From an archaeon (GTDB lineage: Archaea; Nanobdellota; Nanobdellia; Pacearchaeales; GW2011-AR1): DNA of 19,885 nt. Below the pieces are notes generated by a model that did no database searches, was not told the origin of the DNA, and saw nothing but the letters and a program-made list of their open reading frames with translations. The position numbers and the translations under genes were made by a program. Below are positions 8,142 through 15,024 of this stretch, in pieces. Within the stretch, counting starts at the first letter, position 1, and the number at the start of each line of letters is the position of its first letter. The stretch spans positions 1-19,885 of the forward strand of contig JAUXAD010000015.1 of NCBI GenBank assembly GCA_030620045.1, given 5' to 3'.

Positions 8142-8363
8142 ATGAAACCATTACAATGGACTACATTTGGAATTATCTTTTTCTTAGGATTTTTGTATTT
8201 CTCTACTATGGGTTGGATGTGGAGTACAAATTGTTCAGTTAGTTCAAATACTTTAACTGCTTGTTATATCAAAACGCAATCTTATATTGTTCCAGCATTT
8301 ATTTTATTTTTTCTAGCTATTGGATTTGTAATTTGTGCTTGGTTAGAAAAGAAGAGAAATTAG
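8142..8363 (+). CDS. small membrane protein (73 aa, two predicted TM helices)
   Basis: ATG ORF with two hydrophobic stretches. TTTTTAAAA box lies about 26 nt upstream. No family recognised. Confidence 0.5.
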   Translation: MKPLQWTTFGIIFFLGFLYFSTMGWMWSTNCSVSSNTLTACYIKTQSYIVPAFILFFLAIGFVICAWLEKKRN

Positions 8364-8366
8364 TAT

Positions 8367-8786
8367 TCATTCAATTTTCTCTTTTGCCAATATACTTTTT
8401 CTTTTTTCCAATATTTCTCCTAATTTCTTTATTGTATTATCCACATCTTTTCTTTTTATTTCCACGTTTTCTTTATCTAAAAAATTATGATAAAAATTAG
8501 CATGTAAAACTTCTCCAGTTTTAATTCCTATAAATATATTTTCATCTCCTTCAATAGTAGATAATTCTCTTGCAAATTCTATTACTTTTCTATGTTCTGT
8601 TAACTTTTTTTCATAAGTTAGAGCAATAGCAAATAAAAGAGAGTGAATAGCTCCCCATAAAAATTCTGTTGATTTTGATAAATTATTCAATCTAAAATTT
8701 TTTTCAAAATTATGATAATAATGATCAAACAATTTTTCTTTTTCTTCTATTTCAGAATATTCTTTTTTATCCATTAACTTCAACAT
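8367..8786 (-). CDS. PaREP1-like (HEPN-related helical) protein
   Basis: EFLWGAIHSLLFAIALTYEKKLTEHRKVIEF...GEVLHANFYHNFLDKENVE fits my recollection of the PaREP1 pattern (WGA...A, SH..L, LH.NFYE). The start overlaps the stop of the upstream ORF by 20 nt, or by 8 nt if Met5 at 8774 is used. Confidence 0.55.
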   Translation of the reverse strand: MLKLMDKKEYSEIEEKEKLFDHYYHNFEKNFRLNNLSKSTEFLWGAIHSLLFAIALTYEKKLTEHRKVIEFARELSTIEGDENIFIGIKTGEVLHANFYHNFLDKENVEIKRKDVDNTIKKLGEILEKRKSILAKEKIE

Positions 8787-9159
8787 TCCCCTTTGAGTAT
8801 ATTTTCATTGATTCACTACCTTTTAAAACCTCATCAATTTTAAAACTTATTATTACCTCATCTGCTAAAACTCCATAATCTCTTAATTTTGGCCAATCAT
8901 CTTTATGAATAAGCAGATAATCTTTAGAAACTGTTCCTTTTATTAAAACTAATTTTATTTTTTCTCCTTTAAGACCAACAAATTCTTTTTCGTCTTTAAT
9001 ATTTTCTATATTCATTATTTCAGCATTGACTATGTTCCCAGATACCAAATCGTAAGGAATAGACAATATTCTCTTCTCAATTGATATCCCTAATTTAGAA
9101 GCTATCCCCCAAGTAATTCCAATATCTCTTAGTAATGCTTCATTTATTATTAGTACCAT
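8767..9159 (-). CDS. hypothetical protein (130 aa), upstream partner of the PaREP1-like gene
   Basis: The track start at 9168 is TTG. ATG at 9159 is preferred, with AATTTATAAATAAT about 25 nt upstream, immediately after the infB stop. No family recognised and no minimal-NTase motif. Confidence 0.55.
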   Translation of the reverse strand: MVLIINEALLRDIGITWGIASKLGISIEKRILSIPYDLVSGNIVNAEIMNIENIKDEKEFVGLKGEKIKLVLIKGTVSKDYLLIHKDDWPKLRDYGVLADEVIISFKIDEVLKGSESMKIYSKGNVEVNG

Positions 9160-9196
9160 TATTCTCAACTTTATCTATTATTTATAAATTTATCTT

Positions 9197-10918
9197 TTAA
9201 AACCCTTTTATCTCAGCAATTTCCTGAAGAACTTTAATTTCATTTTGGCTCAATAAATCTTTATTTTTCTTAAAATTCTTGAATTGTGATGCGGTTATTT
9301 CAGAATATAGAAATTCTTTATCTTTTATTTTCCTTTCAAAATTAGTTCCTGGAATCGATATTGCTATTTCCATTTCCTCTGTTGCTTCTTGAACTGATTT
9401 ATTTTCAGACTGGATGTTTTTTACTCTTCCAACTTTTTCTCCTTTTTTATCTATCAAATTTAATCCTGAAATTAATTTTCCTGCTTCTACATTAACTCCA
9501 AAAATAGCTGGTTTTGTATTTCTAAAAACATATTGCGGAAGAATTTTTAATTTGCAAAGTGTTGTTAATCCCATCATTCTTTTCTTTTCTATTTCTTTTC
9601 TTTTTTCTGTTCTGAATTCAACTAAGTCTTCAATTAATTTGTAAATAACTTCATCAGTCAATATTTTTATATTTCCTTTTATCTGCTCAGCTTCTTCGTC
9701 GATAGAAACATTGAACCCAGCAATTACAGCATCTACCTCATTTATTTCTAAATTTGCTTTTGCTGAAATTATATCTGTTTTGTTTATATTTCCTATACTT
9801 GCTTTTACAACTGGTATTTTATTTTGTTTTAACATTAATAAAAGTGCTTCTAAGCTTCCGAGTGAATCTGCTTTAGCAATAATTCCTTGTTTTTCTGTTT
9901 GGATATTTTCAGAAATTTCTTTTTTGAATTCTTTTTTTATTTTTTCTTTGTTTCCCTTATAAGTCGCAAAAGGCATGCCTGGAAGGATTTCATTTTTTGC
10001 GATAAGTTGCAATCTTAATCCTGTTGAAGCTTGGACATTATCTTTGGGTTTAAATTTTGAAGATAAAGGTTCTATTTCTTCAAGAATTCTTATTTTACTT
10101 ATTGTTGGTTCTCCTTCAAAATTAGCGATTGCTATTTCATCTTTCTTTGAAAGTTCCCCGTTATGCAGAATTGCTTCTGTATAATTGGTTGATTTTTCTT
10201 TTTTTATTTCAAGTATAACCCCCCTGGCTTCTTTACCTAAGACAAGTTTGTCTGATAAATATTTTTGACTTAATCCACAAAGCATCATTATTAATTCTGG
10301 AATTCCTTCTTTTGTTTTTGCAGAACAGGGGATTAAAGCTATCTTTTTCGTAAAATCATTTATATTATAAAATAAATCTGCGTCGAATCCATGCGCATTT
10401 AATGAGCCGATTAAAGTCAAATATTTTTCATCAAAAATTTGTTTTACATTTTGAGATTGTGATTCAACGCTTTTTTGCAAGGTATCGTCTAATTTTCTCC
10501 ATCCAGAAATATTATCTATTTTATTTAATGCGATTAAAAAAGGTGTTTTGTTTAATTTTAAAATCTGAATTACTTCAGCTGTTTGTGGTTTTATTCCTTC
10601 GTTTATATCTATTACAAGAACTGCTATGTCTGCTAGACTTCCTCCTCGTTTTCTTAAATTAGTGAAGGCTGCATGTCCTGGTGTGTCGATGAATAAAAAC
10701 CCCGGGATATTTAGTTTTATTCCAGACTTTTCTATTAAAGGGCAGGCTGTTTTTAACTGGTTCATTGGATATAATGTGAATGAAATTTTTTGTGTTATTC
10801 CTCCTGCCTCTCTTTTTTGTACAGAGCTATCTCTAAGACAATCTAGGATTGAAGTTTTTCCATGATCTACATGTCCGCAGACAGTCACAATTGGCTGTCT
10901 TATTTTGTTTGATTTCAT
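9197..10918 (-). CDS. infB: translation initiation factor aIF5B (IF-2)
   Basis: GHVDHGKTSILD, DTPGH and NKID motifs. The length and four-domain layout are typical of aIF5B. No intein. Confidence 0.95.
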   Translation of the reverse strand: MKSNKIRQPIVTVCGHVDHGKTSILDCLRDSSVQKREAGGITQKISFTLYPMNQLKTACPLIEKSGIKLNIPGFLFIDTPGHAAFTNLRKRGGSLADIAVLVIDINEGIKPQTAEVIQILKLNKTPFLIALNKIDNISGWRKLDDTLQKSVESQSQNVKQIFDEKYLTLIGSLNAHGFDADLFYNINDFTKKIALIPCSAKTKEGIPELIMMLCGLSQKYLSDKLVLGKEARGVILEIKKEKSTNYTEAILHNGELSKKDEIAIANFEGEPTISKIRILEEIEPLSSKFKPKDNVQASTGLRLQLIAKNEILPGMPFATYKGNKEKIKKEFKKEISENIQTEKQGIIAKADSLGSLEALLLMLKQNKIPVVKASIGNINKTDIISAKANLEINEVDAVIAGFNVSIDEEAEQIKGNIKILTDEVIYKLIEDLVEFRTEKRKEIEKKRMMGLTTLCKLKILPQYVFRNTKPAIFGVNVEAGKLISGLNLIDKKGEKVGRVKNIQSENKSVQEATEEMEIAISIPGTNFERKIKDKEFLYSEITASQFKNFKKNKDLLSQNEIKVLQEIAEIKGF

Positions 10919-10942
10919 AATATATTTTGAAGTGTAGATTTA

Positions 10943-10950
10943 TTTAAAAA
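10943..10950. promoter_or_regulatory. single central A/T box (TTTAAAAA) in the 53-bp divergent spacer between infB and the 10972 ORF
   Basis: The box centre is about 28 nt from the minus-strand ATG (10918) and about 26 nt from the plus-strand ATG (10972). Confidence 0.4.
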
Positions 10951-10971
10951 GGTTGAGATTTGATAGATTAG

Positions 10972-11262
10972 ATGGAAAAAATAAAAAAAGCCGTTGAGAA
11001 GTTGCATATTGAGGAATTAAGGGAAATTGCACAGAGATATTATAATAGTTTAGTAACAGATGTAACAGATGTAATATCAGGTATAAATAGAGCTGTTGAT
11101 CGAGGGGGCATTGATTTTGCATCAATGGGAATTAGTTGTTATAATTCATTGAAATTAGAATTAGACGCAAAAGGTTTGTGGGATAAAAGATATGATGAAG
11201 GATATGAAGAAGCTATAAAAGGAGAATTAGATTTAGAAAAATTATTGGGTGTTAAAGTATAA
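10972..11262 (+). CDS. hypothetical protein (96 aa)
   Basis: ATG ORF with a well-placed A/T box and balanced composition. A T5 run follows the stop directly. No family recognised. Confidence 0.5.
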   Translation: MEKIKKAVEKLHIEELREIAQRYYNSLVTDVTDVISGINRAVDRGGIDFASMGISCYNSLKLELDAKGLWDKRYDEGYEEAIKGELDLEKLLGVKV

Positions 11263-11276
11263 AAATTTTTGAAAAG

Positions 11277-11343
11277 AATCAGTTAAGGAAAAAGGCGTCC
11301 GAAGCCAGCAAAACTAAATCCGAAGATCAAGCTTTAACTGATT
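11277..11343. repeat. 10-bp perfect inverted repeat enclosing a relatively GC-rich 47-nt core
   Basis: AATCAGTTAA (11277-11286) pairs with TTAACTGATT (11334-11343). The core contains two CCGAAG hexamers, at 11299-11304 and 11320-11325. Confidence 0.5.
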
Positions 11344-11442
11344 ATCCCGCCTTATCCTCAATTAAATATATGATAATTATGTTCTATTTAAGGTTTTCTT
11401 ACTACCCAAAAATTATAAAAATGCCAGATAATTTTGTGAATT

Positions 11443-11733
11443 ATGAAAAATAAAACAATTGAAGAAATTCAGGAGAAGTATGATTTGGAATTAGACAAAA
11501 TTATTTCTGAAATTAAAAATAAGAAATCTAAATTAGTTTTATTGCAGTTTCCCGACGGATTAAAACCTTATGCAACTGTTGTTATAGATTATTTAGAAGA
11601 AAAAACAAATGCTGAATTTTTGATTTGGATGGAAAGTTGTTTTGGTGCATGTGATATTCCTGTTGGAATTGAAAAATTAAAAATAGATTTGGTAGTTCAA
11701 TTTGGGCATTCAGAGATGATGCCTTGTTATTAG
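11443..11733 (+). pseudogene. dph2: N-terminal fragment (96 aa) of diphthamide synthesis protein Dph2
   Basis: KLVLLQFPDGLKPYA...YLEEKTNAEFLIW..SCFGACDIP....LKIDLVVQFGHSEM aligns with the first domain of archaeal Dph2, which is about 330-340 aa. The ORF stops 6 residues after the GHS motif. The convergent dCMP deaminase gene ends 1 nt later, so no room remains for the other two domains. An intact TATA-like AATTATAAAA lies about 27 nt upstream. Confidence 0.6.
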
Positions 11734-11734
11734 A

Positions 11735-12205
11735 TTAATAGTTTTCAGTTTCTTCTGGATTTAGAATTTTTAATTCTATTCCTACTTCTTTAAACATCTG
11801 CTCTGATTCTTCTCCAGCATGATACTTCCTTTCACAAACAACCCTTTCTATCCCACAGTTAATTAAAAGCATGGCGCAAGTTCGACAAGGAGTCATTTTA
11901 CAATATAATGTAGCACCATAAATAGAAATTCCTTGCTTAGCTGCTTGACAGATTGCATTTTGTTCAGCATGGACAGTTCGCATACAATGTTCTGTGGTAT
12001 GCCCATCTTCATGAGTCACTTTCTTAATGAGATGTCCTACATCATCACAATGAGGTAAACCAGATGGAGCACCAACATAGCCTGCAACAAGTAGTTGGTT
12101 ACCTCTGGCAATTACACAGCCACTCCTACCCCTATCACAAGTAGCTCGTTTAGAAACAGCTTCTACTATTTCCATAAAATAATCATCCCATGGTGGTCTA
12201 GCCAT
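11735..12205 (-). CDS. deoxycytidylate (dCMP) deaminase, ComEB type
   Basis: WDDYFM..., zinc motifs HAEQNAI and PCRTCA, and the length are typical of dCMP deaminase. Confidence 0.9.
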   Translation of the reverse strand: MARPPWDDYFMEIVEAVSKRATCDRGRSGCVIARGNQLLVAGYVGAPSGLPHCDDVGHLIKKVTHEDGHTTEHCMRTVHAEQNAICQAAKQGISIYGATLYCKMTPCRTCAMLLINCGIERVVCERKYHAGEESEQMFKEVGIELKILNPEETENY

Positions 12206-12249
12206 AATTCTAAAATAGAAAAGGGTTTTTTAAGAATTTATATACTCAA

Positions 12250-12954
12250 TTATAACCAACCCATTAATAATGCAAAACCAACGGCAAACAATAAAATTCC
12301 TGCAATTAGATGAAGTGTTTTTATGTTCCTTTCTTTCCAGCCTGAGACTTCATTAACTTTTGTGAATCCATAATATATTACTGCAACAATAATTAACATT
12401 GGCAAGACAAACAATAAATTATAATATAAAAGCCAAGGAAGTGCTCCTAAAGTGCCTAATTCAGATAATAATCCTGAGGCAATAATATAAGGGCCAATAG
12501 TGCAAGGCAATAAAAACAAGGTTACTAAAAATCCAACTATAAATGCTCCTGAAGGAGAAGTTATTTTTTGTATTATTTTTTTTACTCTTGGTCTCATGAA
12601 CAAAGGCATCTCTGTAGCTATTCCGCCTTTTTTATACATGAAAAAATCTTTTATATTTAATGCTCCAATAATCATTGCGAAAATTGCCAACCCACTATAA
12701 ATGTAAGTTGAATTTTCTCGTAGAATTTCTGCAAACCCTTTAAAGAGCTGAATAATTACTACTCCGTAAAATAAATATCCAATATAAATAGATGCAACAA
12801 ATGCAAGTCCTCCGTAAAGTACTTTTTTTCTTTTTTCTGGATTCTGGATTAAAATTGTCATTAGAACCATAGTTAAAACCGCAATAGCACACGGGTTGAC
12901 AGAATCTGCTAATGCAAGTGTTGTTATTCTCCAAAAATTTATATCATCAAGCAT
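12250..12954 (-). CDS. ccdA: CcdA/DsbD-family transmembrane thiol:disulfide electron transporter
   Basis: Polytopic membrane protein with the two hallmark intramembrane Cys motifs, SVNPCAIAVL and LLPCTIGPY. The start lies 1 nt after the stop of the thioredoxin-like gene. Confidence 0.8.
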   Translation of the reverse strand: MLDDINFWRITTLALADSVNPCAIAVLTMVLMTILIQNPEKRKKVLYGGLAFVASIYIGYLFYGVVIIQLFKGFAEILRENSTYIYSGLAIFAMIIGALNIKDFFMYKKGGIATEMPLFMRPRVKKIIQKITSPSGAFIVGFLVTLFLLPCTIGPYIIASGLLSELGTLGALPWLLYYNLLFVLPMLIIVAVIYYGFTKVNEVSGWKERNIKTLHLIAGILLFAVGFALLMGWL

Positions 12955-12955
12955 T

Positions 12956-13288
12956 TTAATTACAACCTGTTAAGTTTTTTAGTTTTTCAATACTTTGAAC
13001 TCCAGTATATTTTTCTCCTTTTATAATCCACGTCGGGACATGAGTTATCTCTAAACATTTTTCTCTTTCAAACCAGCAATCAATTATATTTAAATATTGG
13101 CTGTTTTTTCCAAACATGTCTTCCTGGGACTGGCAGGCATTACATCCAAGTTGAACATATAATTCAGAATTTTGTCCGATACATGTTGCTGTTTCTTTTG
13201 AAACACCATTACCACGACTTAAAATTATTGCTGAAAGAATTATTATTCCTAAAATAATTGATAGAGTTATTAAAGTTCTCTTTTTCAT
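12956..13288 (-). CDS. membrane-anchored thioredoxin-fold protein (CxxC)
   Basis: N-terminal anchor, GCNACQ (CxxC) and a cis-Pro-like VPTW typical of the thioredoxin fold. ATG at 13288 is preferred over the TTG at 13294. Confidence 0.7.
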   Translation of the reverse strand: MKKRTLITLSIILGIIILSAIILSRGNGVSKETATCIGQNSELYVQLGCNACQSQEDMFGKNSQYLNIIDCWFEREKCLEITHVPTWIIKGEKYTGVQSIEKLKNLTGCN

Positions 13289-13393
13289 AAACAATATTAT
13301 AGAAATATTTTTTTAAATGTTTTGGTGTGATTGGTTTCAATAAATTTACAACAACGATTAAATTTATATACTCATTATTTTTTCTCAGCTTTA

Positions 13394-13702
13394 ATGGGAG
13401 TAGAAATATTAACACAAGAAGAAAGAGATGGGCATTTATTTTTTCATAAAACAATTGATAGACTGCAGATTGCTGCATTGTGTCATATGAATGCTGAAGA
13501 AGGTGGAAGACTAAATACTAAAACTGTTAGGGCAGCAAAATATCTTTTTCGAGAATTCTTAAAAGGAATTATAAAAGGGAAAAGAAAATTACATTTACCT
13601 CCAAATTATGAAATAGGGGCTTTAAAAGAGATTTATCGCAAATCAAAATTTAATTGGAATAATAGAGAACAATTTTATAAATTTTCGACAGATTTTGAAT
13701 AA
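13394..13702 (+). CDS. hypothetical protein (102 aa)
   Basis: The track ORF begins at a TTG (13331). ATG at 13394 is preferred because TTTATATA (13363-13370) lies 24 nt upstream. No family recognised. Confidence 0.45.
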   Translation: MGVEILTQEERDGHLFFHKTIDRLQIAALCHMNAEEGGRLNTKTVRAAKYLFREFLKGIIKGKRKLHLPPNYEIGALKEIYRKSKFNWNNREQFYKFSTDFE

Positions 13703-13720
13703 ATGTTTTTTCTTACTTCT

Positions 13721-14110
13721 TTAATAATCCGGCAAACTTTCTTTTTCTTCTTCAGACTCACCAGGTTTTTCTACCTTAATTTCTTCTTGAGGAGTCTCAG
13801 TAGGAACTTCTTGTTCTTCAGGCTTAGGAACTTCAGGTATTTCTGATGATTCTAAAGTTTCTTGTCCTTGTTCAGGTTGTTCAACTGGAACCTCTTCTTT
13901 CATGTCTTCTTCTGTTATAGAATTAATCATTTCTTTAAATTTTGTGAAATCAGCTGCCATAATTTTCACACCAGATTTTGTAAAACCAGTATATCTATCG
14001 CTTGTCACAAATTCTCTTATTGTAAGTCCTCTTCGTTCAGCAAAGTCGTCAACTCTTAGGACAATGTCTGTTGTTTCATTTTTGTTTATTTTTCCAATAT
14101 CTTTTTCCAT
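13721..14110 (-). CDS. PC4/Sub1-like ssDNA-binding domain protein with an acidic P/E-rich tail
   Basis: DIVLRVDDFAERRGLTIREFVTSDRYTGFTKSGVKIMAADFTKFKEMI parallels the PC4 C-terminal domain pattern (V.V.DFKG...DIREY....G...P.KKGISL....W..L...I). The C-terminal 60 aa are highly acidic. Confidence 0.55.
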   Translation of the reverse strand: MEKDIGKINKNETTDIVLRVDDFAERRGLTIREFVTSDRYTGFTKSGVKIMAADFTKFKEMINSITEEDMKEEVPVEQPEQGQETLESSEIPEVPKPEEQEVPTETPQEEIKVEKPGESEEEKESLPDY

Positions 14111-14161
14111 ATTAAATTGAATAGTTAATTATATTTAAAGATTTGTATTATAAAAAATTAA

Positions 14162-14214
14162 AAGAGAGAAATAAACCGAAGTTCATAACTCTCTTCACCT
14201 AACCGAAGTCAGGC
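14162..14214 (-). ncRNA. two adjacent UUCG-tetraloop hairpins followed by a U-tract (structured terminator or small RNA)
   Basis: Minus strand reads GCCUGAC-UUCG-GUUAGGU, then AAGAGAG-UU-AUGAAC-UUCG-GUUUAU-UU-CUCUCUU, then UUAAUUUUUU. Three positions are G-U pairs on the minus strand but A-C mismatches on the plus strand. Confidence 0.45.
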
Positions 14215-14252
14215 AAATTTAGTAGGATATTGGGATTTATAAGGTTTTGGGT

Positions 14253-15014
14253 TTATTTATTTTCATATATTTCAATGGCTTGTTCTTTGGTTGCTTCTTC
14301 TGAAATTCCTGCATCTAAATAAGCAACTCTTGTTCCATGTTTCTCAAATAATTCCTTAATCCAAGAGTCTTCATAAAAAGGTTTTAGTTTTCTTTGAAAA
14401 TTTAAATTCTCGAATTCACATTCATCTTTCTTTTCTCTATTTTGCAAACGTTTTATTAATTCAGAAACATCGTTTATCGTAGAAATTATTAAGAGATCTG
14501 GCGCATATTCAAGTTCTATTTGACTTCCAGGATGTTTTAATATTCTATTTCTTACATCTTCTATTGAACTGCCTTCTTCTAATGCTTCAAGAGACTGATA
14601 ACAAAGAGTTGATACAAAATTTCTTGATTCGATTACATCCTGACCATGTTCTAAAAAAGGGATGATGCATTTTCTCATTAAGATTAGTCTGTCTAATGAG
14701 TATGCTTGTATTTTTATTTCAGAAGGATAATTCCGGGTATTATTTGCTATTATCTCTTGTCTTATTGCTTTCCCAACCCCCCAGTAAGTAGGTTCGCAAC
14801 AATCTAAAATATATTCTCCTGGTGGAGCATTGGATAAGTTTTTATTTTCTTCAAAAAGTACTTCAAAATCTCTTAGAGATCCTGAAAAATCTGTTGGAAG
14901 AGTTCTTTTTCCCCCCCTCTTTCCTTCAAATTCTAAAATTGTTTTTTGAACTAACCCTTTCCCAATTCCATCTAATCCTTCAAGAACTGTGAGATTTCCT
15001 CTTTTTTGTGGCAT
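14253..15014 (-). CDS. tmk: thymidylate kinase-like protein with an atypical P-loop
   Basis: LEGLDGIGKG (P-loop encoded at 14955-14978), EPTYWGVGKAIRQ, SLDR and SRNFVSTLCYQ parallel the Tmk motifs (EG.DG.GKST, REPGGT..G..IR, DR, DRY..S..AYQ). ATG at 15014 is preferred. The track TTG start at 15050 would overlap thyA by 26 nt. Confidence 0.75.
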   Translation of the reverse strand: MPQKRGNLTVLEGLDGIGKGLVQKTILEFEGKRGGKRTLPTDFSGSLRDFEVLFEENKNLSNAPPGEYILDCCEPTYWGVGKAIRQEIIANNTRNYPSEIKIQAYSLDRLILMRKCIIPFLEHGQDVIESRNFVSTLCYQSLEALEEGSSIEDVRNRILKHPGSQIELEYAPDLLIISTINDVSELIKRLQNREKKDECEFENLNFQRKLKPFYEDSWIKELFEKHGTRVAYLDAGISEEATKEQAIEIYENK

Positions 15015-15024
15015 TTTAGAATTA

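Noticed and set aside
8261-8500. 79-aa plus-strand ORF
   Set aside because: It overlaps the 73-aa membrane ORF in another frame and runs antisense into the PaREP1-like gene. Its composition is low-complexity F/L/Y/I.
9414-11125. Track ORFs 9414-9644, 9711-9962, 9975-10184, 10402-10662, 10626-10865 (+) and 10940-11125 (-)
   Set aside because: They are antisense to aIF5B or to the 96-aa ORF, and none has independent support.
11277-11343. C/D-box sRNA, H/ACA sRNA, riboswitch or split-tRNA half in the inverted-repeat element
   Set aside because: CUGA is present near one end, but no RUGAUGA C box exists on either strand. There is no ACA-tailed hairpin, no T-arm GTTCRA motif and no match to the fluoride/crcB consensus as I remember it. 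It is kept only as an unclassified element in the findings.
12095-13478. Track ORFs 12095-12313 (+), 12500-12700 (+), 12740-12934 (-) and 13209-13478 (-)
   Set aside because: They are alternative frames or strands over the dCMP deaminase, ccdA and thioredoxin-like genes, which carry diagnostic motifs.
13862-14120. Track ORFs 13862-14059 (+) and 13902-14120 (+)
   Set aside because: They are antisense to the PC4-like gene.
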